Source of the DNA: Malacoraja senta
Lineage: Eukaryota
NCBI GenBank assembly: GCA_038087875.1
Contig: CM075989.1
Coordinates: 5,766,001-5,830,000 of the forward strand
Length of the DNA stretch: 64,000 nucleotides
Direction: 5' to 3'
A model generated the notes under the pieces. It saw only the letters and a list, made by a program, of their open reading frames with translations, ran no database searches and was not told where the DNA came from. Positions 1-12,984 of this stretch are shown here, in pieces (the stretch's first letter is position 1; each line of letters opens with the position of its first letter). The translations under genes were made by a program, and so were the position numbers.

Positions 1-197
1 AACAAGAAAGAACAGAGACCCTGTAGAAAAGAAATTAAAAAGAAAGGATTAAGATAGACCCTAAAGAAGAAAAAAAAGAGAGGAAAAAAGAGAAAAACAA
101 ATACTTTGTTATAAGCATCACGCAAATGGGATATACCAACTCTCCAGCTTTCATCCCCCTTTACCTGACCTCAGTTTTTTTTAAGTACTTTTGCACC

Positions 198-3100
198 CTA
201 TACTTGTAATAATTCTATAAATGCAGACCACGTCAGGTGGAAGTGATCTGGTTTACCTGCCAGGAGGAGTCTTATCTCTTCTAGGTGTAATGTTTCAAAC
301 ATATTTGAAATCCACATGTTTATAGTTGGTATTGGAGCGTTTTTCCAGAATTTAAGGATTAACTTTTTTCCAGTTATTAACCCGTAATCTATTAATTTCT
401 TTTGAAACATTTAGTTCAGGACTATCTTCCGTTGTTCTGAAGATAATCCATTCTGCTTTTGGTATCAGTTTTATTTTAAATAATTTTGTAAAGATTTCAA
501 AAATTTCAATCCAAAATTTTTGAATTTTTGTACAAAAATCAAATGAGTGCACTATAGTAGCTTCTTGAGATTGACATTTATCACAAATGGATGATACATT
601 TGGGACATTTTTATTAATTTTAGTTTTTGAATAATATAATCTATGTAAAATTTTAAATTGTATTAAAGTGTGTCTTACATTAATCGAACATTTATGCACG
701 TTTAATAAATATTCATTCCACCTTTCCTTTGAGATTTTAATAGCTAATTCTTGTTCCCAGTCTCTTCTAATACCTTCCGTAGATGGTATTTCTACATTTA
801 AGATAATATTATACAAATATGATATTAAGTTTGCTGATTCAGATTTTATCTGCATTGCTTCATCCAATACATCTGCTGGGATATTATAATGATCTTTTGT
901 ATATTTTTTCAAATAGTCACATATTTGAAAATATTTAAAATATTGATTATTTCCCAGTTTATATTTTATTTGTAATTGTTGGAATGATAGTAATTTTCCA
1001 GTTTCATACAACTCACCGAACGTTTTAATTCCTAGTCTATCCCATTGTATAAAAGATTTGTCTGTAATAGAGGGATTAAACGAAGGGTTATTAACTATTG
1101 GAGATAAAAGCGATAGATTTCTTAATTTTAAATTTTGTTTTATTTGTTTCCAAGTTCTGATTGTACTATGTATAATTGGGTTTTTGTTATAATTTATGTT
1201 ATTCAGTTTCATTGGTGAGAGGAGGATCGCTCCAATGTTACCAGAGGAGCAGTCCTCTCTCTCCATTACAATCCAGTCCACTTGCTGGGCAGAGTTGTCC
1301 ATCAGTTGGATCATATTTTTAATATTTACTGACCAATAATAATACATGAAGTTTGGGAGTGCTAAGCCCCCTAATACTTTAGCTTTGTTCAAGTGTGTTC
1401 TTTGTATTCTATGGGATTTATAGTCCCATATAAAATTAGTAATGTCTGAGTCCAATTTTTTTTTAAACTTCTTTGGTAGGTATATAGGAATCGATTGAAA
1501 TAGGTATAAAATTTGTGGTAAGAAGATCATTTTTATTGCATTTATTCGGCCTATTAAAGACATCGGAAGCGTTTTCCAAAATGTAATTAATGTATTTAAT
1601 TTATTAAGTAGAGGATCATAATTTGCTTTGAACATGCCTTGATATGTTCTGGTGATTTCAATACCCAAGTATTTAAATTTTTCTGTAGCTATTTTAAAAG
1701 GGAATTTTAAAAGATGTGTTGAGTCTTTCAGTTTTATTGACATAATTTCACTTTTATTCCAATTTATTCTGTATCCAGAAAAGGATCCAAAGTCCTCAAT
1801 TAGATTTAATATGTTTGGTATAGTAATTTGAGGTTTTGTAATGTACAATAATATATCATCCGCGTATAAAGATATTTTATTATTTGAGTATTTAGTATTA
1901 TACCCATGGATATCTGGATGTGTTCTAATTTTTTCTGTTAAAGGTTCAATTATGAGAGCAAACAACTGTGGTGATAATGAGCATCCTTGTCTGTTTCCCC
2001 TTGATAGTTGAAATTTCGAGGATAATATGTTATTAGTTAATATTCTAGCTGTAGGTTTATTATATAATAATTTAATCCATAAAATAAAATTCTCTCCCAG
2101 TTGGAATTTTTGTAATACTTTAGCCATATAATTCCATTCTACTTGGTCAAATGCTTTTTCAGCGTCCAGCGAAATAATTGATAATTCTTGTTCTTCAATT
2201 TTGTGTGAGTGCATTATATTGAGTAGACGTCTCATATTATTAGATGAATATCTCTTAGGGATAAACCCCGTCTGATCTGGGTTTATTAATTTACTAATAT
2301 ATTTACTTAATCTTCTAGCTAATGTTTTCGCTAATATTTTTTGATCTGTATTTAACAATGCTATAGCTCTATATGAACCCGGTTCTTCTATATCTTTGTC
2401 TTTTTTAAGTATTAGTGTGATCGTTGATTCAGCTAATGTATCAGGTAATATTTGTTTTTTAAAAGCATATTGATACATTTTTTGTAACCGTGGTATAATT
2501 TTGTCATAAAAGCTTTTATAAAATTCATTAGTAAATCCATCAGAGTTTTTCCATTCTTTAATGAATTTATTGTGTCTTCTAATTCCTTGATTGAAATTTG
2601 TGCACCCAATTCCTCTTGTTCTTTCAACTCTAACTTTGGAAGATTACAATTATCCAAGAATTCTGTAATTTTATTGGAGTCCGTTGTCATTTTAGATGTG
2701 TACAAGTTCTCATAAAATTGCGCAAATCTTTTATTAATATCCTTCGGTATGGTTAGTAATTCCCCTCTCTCTGATTTAATCTTTTGAATCGTATGTTCTT
2801 TTTCTCATTTTTTTAGCTGACGAGCCAAAAGTTTATGCGGTTTATCCCCAAATTCAAAGTGTTCCTGTTTTGTAATTTAGAAAAGTCTTATAGGTTTGGC
2901 TGATAATAGTTTATTTCATTTAAATTTCAAAATTATTATTTTATTATGTTTATCTATTGATGGATCTTTAGCATTATCTATATCCATTTGTCTAATAAGT
3001 TCTTCTAACTGTCTTTGTTCATTCTTATTCTTTTTATTTTGAAAAGCTTGGTATGAGATTATAACACCTCTAATAAATGCTTTAAAAGATTCCCATAGTA

Positions 3101-3971
3101 AAGTAGGCGATATATCTGGAGTGTCATTTATTTCAAAAAAGACGTCCATTTGTTCTTTTAAATATATACTCGCTTGCGGATCTTTTAGGATTTGGGAATT
3201 GAAGCTCCAAAATGATTTATTCTTAGACATTCCTTCCAGTTTTAAAAAGAAAGTTAGTGGTGAATGGTCTGAAATCGAATTTGTATGGTATGCTGGGTTC
3301 ACAGTGTGAGGGATTAATTTTGTATCCACCAGGAAATAATCTATACGTGAGTATGTTTTGTGTACCATTGAATAAAACGAGTATTCCCTGCCAGTCGGAT
3401 TAGCAATTCTCCAAACATCTGTTATATTGGTATTGTTTATATAAGTATTTAAAAGTTCACTAGTTTTAGATTTCGTATTCCCTCTCTGTTTTTGGCTTGA
3501 TTTGTCTAAATACGGATCTAAAACACAGTTAAAGTCTCCTCCTATTATAACATTTTGATAATTAAATTCTGCGATTATGTTCAGAATTTTATTGAAAAAA
3601 TTAGGATTGTCAAAGTTAGGCGCGTATATATTTACCAAGGTAATTGGAGTTTCATGAATTTCTCCGGTAACTATCAAATATCTCCCTTCATTGTCTGTTA
3701 TGGTATTCTTTGCTTTGAATGGTATACCTTTCCTAATAATGATTGACGTACCTCTAGATTTCGAAGTATATGAAGAATGATATATTTGACCTATCCATTT
3801 CGCCATTTGATCCTGGGATTTTAGATGAGTTTCTTGTAAGAAAATGATGTCAGAATTGTACAGTTTCAGCTGAGCTAATATCTTACCCCTTTTAATAGGT
3901 TCATTAATACCTCTTATATTCCAACTGCAGAATGAGACTCCTCCTAGGTTCTTTTGTTTAACATCTTGCAT
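198..3971 (-). pseudogene. L1 ORF2 (APE endonuclease + reverse transcriptase), disrupted by stop/frameshifts
   Basis: APE motifs SWNIRG, LQETH, GGDFN, YSRIDY, SDH (2916-3971); RT motifs QTGF, SLDAEKAFD, RQGCSLSP, YADD and CDKC..H..C (352-2478); split across four ORFs. Confidence 0.92.
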
Positions 3972-4872
3972 TTTGAATAATTATAATATCTTTAAATCTT
4001 GCAGTGCATCCATGTCCCAGGTCTTTGGGTATTGGGGGAACCTTTGCATTACTAAGTTTTGTTGGCATATCCCTTTTACGCTTATCACTAAACACAAAAC
4101 ACAAACATGTGACTTTATGTGGTAATAATAATAATTAAAAGAAAATTGAAAAAGTGAAAATACAGTGTCTAAAATGGTCGACACTGTAACAAGTGGCCCA
4201 CCTGTAGGTGGGAGAAAACCTTGTTTCGACTTCCATTGTTGATGTTAAACAAATAACTCCGCACCCTTGGTTAATCATAACATAATAGGACGGGGCCTCA
4301 CAATCAGATATATAATACAAATTTACCCTATATATTTAGTTATAACATATCATATATATATATCGCAATTTTAGCTACTAATTATTAAACGAATGATTTT
4401 ACTTTCAATAATAATCAACTGTTGGTTGAAGGGGTTAGTGAAACGCGCTCCTGGACCTGAGCCAGGTGCTCGTTTCTCATCCCCTCCTCCCAGTTATAGA
4501 TAAGGTTTAGATTTAGTAAAAATTTATGTTAGTTATGTTAGTTCGTTATTTTTTTATTAGCGTCCGTTACTATTCTAGTTTAATATTGATAACTTGTTAA
4601 ATTGTTAAGTTGTTAATAGGATCAATTCTTACAATTGGATTTAATATTATAATCTATTAAACAATTAATGCTTCTGGTATAGTCCATTCTCTTCGGTTCG
4701 GCTGTTTACTTCGTTTGGAACACAGAATGTCCTTGAGTTAAAATTCCACAGATAACCAGTTTCGCCATCCTAAACAAAACACTACATGAAATGGTTCTGA
4801 GCTGCTGATCCTCCATTAACTGTGGAATTCTAATAAAAAAGAAGTTTGTTCATACCATTTAGTTCTCTACTT

Positions 4873-5958
4873 TTAAACGATGCTCTGGGCGTATTTGTAC
4901 GCATCCTCCAGGTTTACAAATGATCTTTCACGTCCATTATAAGAGATGCGCATTTTAGCCGGATAAAAGACACCATATCTAACATCTTGTTTCCCTCTTA
5001 AAAGTTCTTTTGCCTTTCCGAATTGATTTCTCTTTTGCACAATTTCATACGGATAGTCCCTGAATATTTTGATGTCGTTATCAAGCCTCAGTTGCACTCC
5101 ATGTTTGATTTTGCTCATCACCTCTTCCAGTTCTGAAATGTCTCGAAATTTCTCAATAATCTGTCGTGGGTGGTCTTGTCTAGCTTGAGATCTCGGTTTA
5201 AATCTCGGTACACGGTGTGCCACTTCAATTTTCGGTTCTTTGGAGAGATTAAGCAGTTGTTTAAGTAAGCCCATGGCAAACTCACGAATGTCCCTTCCCT
5301 CAGTTCCCTCTGAGACTCCAAGAATTCTCAAATTCTGGCGTCTAGAACGAGCTTCCAGGTCCAGGCATTTATCTGAAACTTTCCCCAGTTGAGTCGTCAT
5401 CTGTACTGACGTTTGCTCATGTTCTTGCTTCATTTGATCATGTTCTCGCCTCATTTTCACCATGTCTTCAGCCACTCGAGCCATATTTTTCTCCAATTCC
5501 GTGATTGTAGCCATACTTGCAGCTACTGTTTCAAGCACAGCCGTGAACCTATCCGTAGTAACTTTTTCCATCTTATCAATTCTCCCCGATAGTCCATATT
5601 TCACATCATCAATTCGTTTATTTATAATGTCAAGTGAATCAATCACCTTCTGATTACCAGCATCAATAACCTTCTGATTACCAGCATTTGAATCCTTCAT
5701 CATCTTTTCGATTTTTTCCATCATTTTTTCCATCAGAGTTTTATTTTCATCCAGAATTTCATCTTTCATTTCTTTCACTGATTTCTTCAAATCCTCAAAT
5801 TCTTTATCCTTAGCCAGCTCTGTCTGAGATCTTGTATCCATTTCTGCAGCCACTTCAGGAACTTCAGAGGTAACTTCTCCTTCAGGATTCTTCAGGTTTT
5901 TCAGCAGCTGTTTTTTAACTGTTCTCTGAGGGCTCTGAGCTGGAGACAGTCTTTTCAT
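4873..5958 (-). CDS. L1 ORF1p (coiled coil + RRM + CTD, Transposase_22-like), 361 aa, intact
   Basis: Motifs DLEARSRRQNLRILGVSEG, IEVAHRV, IKIFRDYP and YPAKMRI are typical of L1 ORF1p. Confidence 0.9.
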   Translation of the reverse strand: MKRLSPAQSPQRTVKKQLLKNLKNPEGEVTSEVPEVAAEMDTRSQTELAKDKEFEDLKKSVKEMKDEILDENKTLMEKMMEKIEKMMKDSNAGNQKVIDAGNQKVIDSLDIINKRIDDVKYGLSGRIDKMEKVTTDRFTAVLETVAASMATITELEKNMARVAEDMVKMRREHDQMKQEHEQTSVQMTTQLGKVSDKCLDLEARSRRQNLRILGVSEGTEGRDIREFAMGLLKQLLNLSKEPKIEVAHRVPRFKPRSQARQDHPRQIIEKFRDISELEEVMSKIKHGVQLRLDNDIKIFRDYPYEIVQKRNQFGKAKELLRGKQDVRYGVFYPAKMRISYNGRERSFVNLEDAYKYAQSIV

Positions 5959-6183
5959 TTAAAAGTCCTTAAGCCACCGTTTAAAACATCGCGCTTACTG
6001 ATGACGTCATCAGCACAGCGACCAGAAGCTCCGGTAAGGTTTTTAAATCAATTCCCACTTATAGACACGTTTTAACGCGAAAAATCGCAAATTTTTTCGA
6101 GAGCGGAGCTAGGTGCACGTCTGTTAGTATAACATGGCGCCACCGGAAGTCCTGCTTACACCATTCTAATATGTAATATTCTA

Positions 6184-7060
6184 ATTTCAAAGTCTACAGA
6201 GAGATTTAGGCCATTTGGAAGAGTGGGCTGAAAGATGGCAGATGGAGTTTAATCCTGATAAACGTGAGGTGCTACATCTTGGCAGGACAAATCAAAATAG
6301 GACGTACATGGTAAATGGTAGCGAATTGAGGAATGCAGTTGAACAGAGGGATCTAGGAATAACTGTGCATAGTTCCCTGAAGGTGGAATCTCATGTAGAT
6401 AGGGTGGTAAAGAAAGCTTTTGGTGTGCTGGCCTTTATAAATCAGAGCATTGAGTATAGAAGTTGGGATGTAATGTTAAAATTGTACAAGGCATTGGTGA
6501 GGCCAATTCTGGAGTATGGAGTACAATTTTGGTCGCCTAATTATAGGAAGGATGTCAACAAAGTAGAGAGAGTACAGAGGAGATTTACGAGAATGTTGCC
6601 TGGGTTTCAGCAACTAAATTACAGAGGAAGGCTGAACAAGTTAGGTCTTTATTCTTTGGAGCGCAGAAGGTTAAGGAGGGACTTGATAGAGGTCTTTAAA
6701 ATGATGAGAGGGATAGACAGATTTGACGTGGATAAGCTTTTCCCATTGAGAGTAGGGAAGATTCAAACAAGAGGACATGACTTGAGAATTAAGGGACAGA
6801 AATTTAGGGGTAACATTAGGGGGAACTTCTTTACTCAGAGAGTGGTAGCTGTGTGGAATGAACTTCCAGTGGAAGTGGTGGAGGCAGGTTCGATTTTATC
6901 ATTTAAAAATAGATTGGATGGGTATATGGACGAGAAAGGAATGGAGGGTTATGGTCTGAGTGCAGGTAGATGGGACTAGGGGAGAAAAAGTGTTCGTCAT
7001 GGACTTGAAGGGCTGAGATGGCCTATTTCCATGCTGTAATTGTTATATGGTTATATGGTT
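6184..7060 (+). mobile_element. CR1 LINE 3' fragment with (GGTTATAT)n tail
   Basis: ORF 6215-6979 has WQMEFNPDK, LVRPILEYGVQFWSP, FFTQRVVAVWNELP; near-identical to 45535-46602. Confidence 0.92.
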
Positions 7061-7597
7061 AATAGCCTCGACCAAAATGCAGAAGTTGTTCAATGCAAGT
7101 AAGCTTACGTGCTCTCTGTTTATCTAGTGGTACATTCAAAGTAATGATAGAATTACCAGAATAAATATTTTTTGCATATTCCAAAGAACATTTCGGTAAG
7201 AAATCCACTAAAAGTATGTGCATGACAAATCTTTTGCAGGAAGTTTTAAGTCAATTTGAATCTTGCTGCAGATGCTGCCTCTGAACAGGATGCTAGTTTG
7301 CCTTTACTTCAATCACTTTTCAGAAACAAATCCAGAGCTGAGAGCTGGCTTAAAAGTGGAGATTGTTGCTACCTGATTTGCCTTGTATTTATGTGTGTTG
7401 TCAGGCATTGTTGTCAGGGAGATAGTCCCATTGCCAGTTTACAGTAAAACTTTTATTAACGCTATTTCCACTTAAGCACAAAAAAAATCCTCCCAATTAA
7501 ATTACATGTGCCTATTATCAATAATCAGGTGAGTTTTTCTTTCAACATCATACATGATGTTATACAAACAACTCATTATAAATCCCAGTATGTACTC

Positions 7598-8420
7598 ATA
7601 GAGTCATAGAGTGATACAGGCCCTTCTCTCAACTTGCCCACACCGGCCAATATGTCCCAGCTAAACTAGTCCCACCTGCCTGCGCTTGGTCCATATCCCT
7701 CCAAACCTGTCCTATCCATGTACCTGTATAACTGTTTCTTAAACGTTGGGATAGTCCCAGCCTCAACTACCTCCTCTGGCAGCTTGTTCCATACACCCAC
7801 TGCCCTTTGTGTGAAAAAATTACCCCTCAGATTCCTATTAAATCTTTTCCCCTCCTCCGTAGAGGCAATAGCGGGGGCTTCATTTGGCCTGACTTTTTTT
7901 GGGTGAACTGGGGCTGGGGACTGGACATTGTGCCTTCCCCCACAGTGGAAATCACTGGGGGGATGATTTTTGTATGTAATTGTTTGTAATTGTATTTGTT
8001 AGTCTGTGTTCAAGATGGCGGTCGGAGGGGAGAGTGGACGCTGGCGCGGTTTCGTTGCCGCTGCTCTCTCCTCAAATTTCTGATTTTCTTTTTTTGTCTT
8101 TTTGGAAGGAATTCTGTCCCTGATTTGTGTATTGGTCTTTATAACTTATTTTTTAAATTCTGATTATATGTTTCCTATAAATCTCTGTAAGGTGTCCTTG
8201 AGACCTCGGTATAAGGCGCCCGTAAATAAAATTCATTATTATTATTATTATATCCTTTGGTCCTCGATTCCTCTACTCTGGGCAAGAGATTCTGTGCATC
8301 TACCCGATCTATTCCTCTCCTGACCTTATACACCTCTATAAGATCACCCCTCATCTTCCAGCGCTCCAAAGAATAGAGTCCCAGACTACTCAACCTCTCC
8401 CTATGGCTCAGACCCTCTGC
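7598..8420 (-). mobile_element. CR1 3' fragment interrupted by a plus-strand (TTA)n-tailed element
   Basis: CR1 RT C-terminal peptide (LGLYSLERWKMRGDLIEVYK) and (ACTCTATG)-type tail, split at ~7857-8250. Confidence 0.8.
7857..8250 (+). mobile_element. 5'-truncated copy of the non-autonomous L2-tailed element at 30500
   Basis: Shares CTGGACATTGTGCCTTCCCCCACAGTGG, CAAGATGGCGGTCGGAGGGGAGAGTGGACG and the AAGGCGCC..TAAATAAAA-(TTA)n tail with 31065-31466. Confidence 0.8.
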
Positions 8421-8504
8421 TCCTGACTACAAAGATATTTTGATGATGAACTTTGACAAAAGCAGCTGGAAGTATGAGCTCATGCAAATCATTTTGATGT
8501 GTAC

Positions 8505-8586
8505 CTGTGATCTGCTTGGGTCTCACTTTCATCACCAGACTTGGAGGTGTCCATTTAATATCTTGTGGATTTGGTAGATTCATTTG
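8505..8586 (-). CDS. WDR93: WDR93 coding exon (QMNLPNPQDIKWTPPSLVMKVRPKQIT-G)
   Basis: ttttag acceptor, gtacac donor, phase 0 to 1; resembles recalled human [21 protein letters not shown]. Confidence 0.8.
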
Positions 8587-8857
8587 CTAAAATGAAATTA
8601 TATAAATCATGATTTAGTTTTGTTTTAATATACTCAAGAGTTAGCCTGTATAAAATACCAACATACAGCAAATGAACTGCATCAATAGACTATGCTATTA
8701 CATTCTGCCTGCCTTTTCTGGCCAGGAGACAACTTAAAGGGGTTGTCAAGATAAAGTGCCAACTAGATGGTAATCTATGAAAGACCTGTAGATAACAATG
8801 TGCCTAGCAGACTTCATGAAAACAGAGGGATATACATCTATGGAGGTCAACAATATT

Positions 8858-9310
8858 AATTCACCAGACAGGTTTCTGGGCTTGTGAGTCTGTCATATGA
8901 AGAAAAAGTGCATAGGCTAGATGTCTATTTTCTGGAGTTTGGTAAAAAGAGGGGTGACCTCATTGAGTCATACACAATATGAAGGACGTCTAATAGGGTC
9001 GCTACAGAGACAACGCTTCCCTGGCTTAGAGTCACAGTGTCAAAATAGGAGGTAGACCATTTAGCAATGAAATTACATGGAAGTTCATCATTCAGAGGGT
9101 GATAATTTTTTGGAGTTTACTGCACTAGAGGTTTTTGGAGAATCAGTCATTGAATGTAATTAAAATAAATTGATATATTTCTAGGTATTAGAGGAATCAG
9201 TGGATAAGGGGATTGTGAAGGAAAATAGTAGTGGCATGAATGATCAGGCAAGATCTGATTGAGTGACAGTCGGGAGTTGAATGGTCTACACCTACTACTA
9301 ATTCTCAAAT
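8858..9310 (+). mobile_element. Degenerate CR1 3' fragment
   Basis: Diverged match to CR1 RT C-terminal DNA (TTCACCAGA..TCATATGAAGA..GGGTGACCTCATTGA). Confidence 0.6.
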
Positions 9311-10759
9311 GCTTACCTAATTCTCATCATAAATGGGGAATGGATCCAGGACTGTACATGTTAACTGAATGAGTACAATATTCCAGACATTAAAAATATC
9401 ATATTATATTAATTCTCAACAGACCACTATTTGGCCTTATGCTTCTGACCCTAAGAATATGATGTTAGAAATTTAATACCTAATGAATTTTAAGCAGGTT
9501 TAACAAGCTAATGCGGCAGAACGAAGTGTAATGTGTAATATGTGCATGCTGATATCCAGTGGCGTAATTGGAAGGGTTTTGATACGATATTTTGTTTGAT
9601 AATACATTTTATTTAACAATCTGTCTAATTCCTAATTACCAAGAATAATGTTCTGCCCAGTCGTTTTGAAATCCTGTGAATAATTTCCTGGCTGTGAACT
9701 GGCTGTGAACTGATATTACAGCTGCAACAGACATTTAAGCTGTTAATCATCATTGTTTCGTATTAATTAACAGAGCGAAGATGATAAAGATAGGCAGCAT
9801 CCATTTTGACAGTCATATTGTGAGTTCTAAGACCCTTAGATCAGGGGAACAATATTAACACTCATTGTAGTCTTACATGACAATTAATTGCAAGCTTCAC
9901 AAACTCACTATAATTGCACTGATTGCCCTCCCACCACCAGATGCAGATTTACTAATGAGTTAAAGCCAACATTTGGTGCATTAAAAAATAAACTGTTGTT
10001 TTAAAGTACTTCTCAAGTTGCTCTGATGGTTTGAAGTGTAGCTATATGTTTTTATTTTCAATCTGGACACAACAAGGTTCCTTCATTAGCAAAGGGTTGC
10101 ATGACAATGCTTTGGCGGTGTCATTTGGAAGGTTAGTCCTTGCCCTTCACCAAATAACATCTGGTCATCTTTAATAACCACGGGTGGATGTAGGTTGTCT
10201 TGGGTGTTGTCGTAGATGGACGTCCTATGAGCCGACGGTTGTCGGTAGCTTGCTGCAGCTTGATGTCCGCTAGTTTAATCCCTCATCTGAAACACAGTGC
10301 GACTAACCAACCATTCTATACGACTAAACTCTTTTAACATTCCACATTATCATGGACAGGAGACAATTTGACCCAACATTCCTTTGGTATATTTCTCCAA
10401 ATATTCTCATTCTCTAGCGCCTGCAAATATTTTTCATTCAGAAAGTAAACCAATTCATATTTGATATTACTAGTGAATCGGTTTTAACTTTCAGTCACTG
10501 TGTTCCAGATTACAACTCCATGAAAATAAATTATGACCTTGTTTTTGCCAATACCTCTGTGTCCCTAGTTTACAATCCTCAGGCACTGTCAATAATTTGT
10601 CATTGTTTACTCCATAAAAAAACATTCGCTATCTAGAAACCTCAATCATATTCTTCTTTTTCCAAGGAGATTCTTCTAAAACCAAGGTCTCCAGTTGCTC
10701 CATTGGTCACTCATCCCTCGCCCCACTCTGGGACGTCTCTTTGATACCCTTTCTCCTAA

Positions 10760-11546
10760 GTCTCACTTAGGTGACTTTTTAGGCGATGACAGGCGACTAA
10801 GCTGTCGCCACATGGTCGCCTGCATGGTCTCCTCAGTCGCCCAAAGAATCGTAGCGTTTTTCTGGTCGCCGCTGGATTTTGAAATGTTCAAAACTTTTCG
10901 GCGACAGTTGCCGACCGTGGGCTTGTCGTAGCTTGACTTCTCCTGACGTAGGTGCTGTCGTAGGTTGTCACCGGGATGACGTAGGTTGTCGCCAGGATGA
11001 TGTAGGTTGTTGCCGGTGCTGACTTTGGTGAATTCCATTGGTGACTACCTACGTCAACCGGCGACAGGTGCCGCCGACTGGATTGTCTTACCTTGTCGTA
11101 GCTTGTCGCAGGTGACAATAGACAATAGACAATAGACAATAGGTGCAGGAGTAGGCCATTTGGCCCTTCGAGCCAGCACCGCCATTCAATGTGATCATGG
11201 CTGATCATCCCCAATCAGTACCCCGTTCCTGCCTTCTCCCCATATACCCTGACTCCGCTATTTTTAAGAGCCCTATCTAGCTCTCTCTTGAAAGTATCCA
11301 GAGAACCTGCCTCCACCTCCCTCTGAGGCAGAGTGGACGTAGGTGTGGTCGTAGATGGACGTCCTATGGGTCGACGGTTGTCGGTAGCTTGCTGCAGCTT
11401 GACGTCGACTAGGTGGTGGGTTGTTGTAGACATTGTTGTTGACATTGTCGTAGGGGGGGTCCAGTCGCCGTTTTTTCGGCAACCTGCTACGACTATGACA
11501 GTCGCCGGCAGTCGCCAAAAAATGTTGCCTAAGTGGGACAGGCCCA
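10760..11546. mobile_element. PIF/Harbinger-type MITE (same family as 24923-25523, opposite orientation) with nested CR1 tail
   Basis: Right TIR GCCTAAGTGGGACAGGCCCA followed by TTA; body is the reverse complement of the 24923 copy; CR1 3' end with (GACAATA)n at ~11114-11330. Confidence 0.75.
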
Positions 11547-11816
11547 TTAGGCTCCTGGAGTTGGTCTCAGACGTGTATAGTACAGAAACAAGCCGTTCAG
11601 CCCAACTCGTCTATTCCACCCAAGATGTCTAGGTTTAGGTTTATTATGGTTGCATATACTGAGGTACAGTGAACAGCTTTGTTTTGCATGCTATCCAAAC
11701 AGATCAGATGTACCATACATGGATACAATCAAGTCAAACTCAAGTACAATAAATAGAGCAAAGGAGAAGATACAAAGTACAGAATATACTGTACTTCTCA
11801 GCATTGTAGTGCATTA

Positions 11817-12653
11817 AGGGCCTGTCCCACGGGCAGGCGATTCCATGCGGCAAGCGCGACCTAACAGGAAGCGGGTGCCGTGTGTGGACCGCGCGGAGGT
11901 TGCATGGTCGGTCCCACGTAGATCGCCGGAGCCGTATGTAGTTGGTCCCGACACTGCACGGGGGCTCCGAAAAACCGACACTGTTCAAAAATTCCGCGTG
12001 GCAACGGCCTGCCGCCCTGCTGCCGCATCGAGGCTGCGCGCACCGCCTCGACGCCGCGTGCACCGTCTCCATCAACTCTGGAATTGTTGTGAAGGAAGGA
12101 ACTGCAGTTGCCCATTTACACCGAAGATGGACACACCAAAAATGCTGGAGTAATTAACTCAGTAGATCAGGCAGCTTCTGTGGACAGGTGGTGTTTCGGG
12201 TCGAGACACCTTCTTCAGACTGAAGTCTTCTGCAGTCTTCTATGGTCTGAGGAAGGGTCTTGACCCGAAACATCACCTACCCGTGTTCACCTACATAAAA
12301 ACCAAAACATCACCTAACCGTGTTCACCTACATAAAAAACGCTCGAGCTTCCAACAGACTTTGCTCGAACTGGACGTCCGCTCACCCCCCACTTCCGGTA
12401 AGGTCGAGCTCGCCGCATGGAAGCGCATGCCCGTGGGACAGGCCGTACGATGATCACTCGGCCTCCGCGCGGCACCCGTTTCCGGTTAGGTTGCGCTTGC
12501 CGCATGCATTCGCATGCTCGTGGGACAGGCCGTACGGTGATCACTCGGCCCCCGCGCAGCCATCGCGCGGCAGCCGTGCGGCAGTCGCGCGGCCCCCGCT
12601 TCCGGGGAGGTCGTGCTTGCCGCATGGAATCGCCTGCCCGTGGGATAGGCCCT
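11817..12653. mobile_element. GC-rich PIF/Harbinger-type non-autonomous element with nested Penelope repeat
   Basis: TIRs AGGGCCTGTCCCACGGGCAGGCGATTCCATGCGGCAAGC / GCTTGCCGCATGGAATCGCCTGCCCGTGGGATAGGCCCT; TTA on the left. Confidence 0.75.
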
Positions 12654-12984
12654 AAACAGGTTCCATAAACAGTGTCCAATGTTCTCATTAGGGTTGCAGT
12701 AAATTCCATTACCCTATTTTTTTGGAAGGGCCATTCAGAAGCCTGATAACAGAGGGGAAGAAGCTATTCCTGAAGAAAGACACAAAATGCTGAAGGAACT
12801 CAGCGGGACAGCATCACTGAAGAAAAGGACTGGATGGCATTTCAGGTCAAGACGCTTCTTCAGACTGAGTGCCAGGGGAGAGGGAGACTAGAGATATGGA
12901 AGGGTAAGGTGTGAAAACAACAGATCAACGCAGATGATGATCAAGGAAATGTAGAATGGTTCACTGCTAGTTGAGGGTCCGGTC

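Larger units (their letters stand above)
1..6152 (-). mobile_element. 5'-complete L1-clade LINE (ORF1 + APE/RT ORF2); 3' UTR runs off window start
   Basis: Minus-strand order is 5' end GGACTTCCGGTGGCGCCATG (6152), ORF1, ~900-bp spacer, APE endonuclease, RT, C-terminal Cys motif, then pyrimidine-rich 3' UTR. Confidence 0.93.

Noticed and set aside
7256..7447. Next WDR93 exon
   Set aside because: The candidate acceptor near 7372 reaches a stop quickly and shows no similarity to the expected sequence
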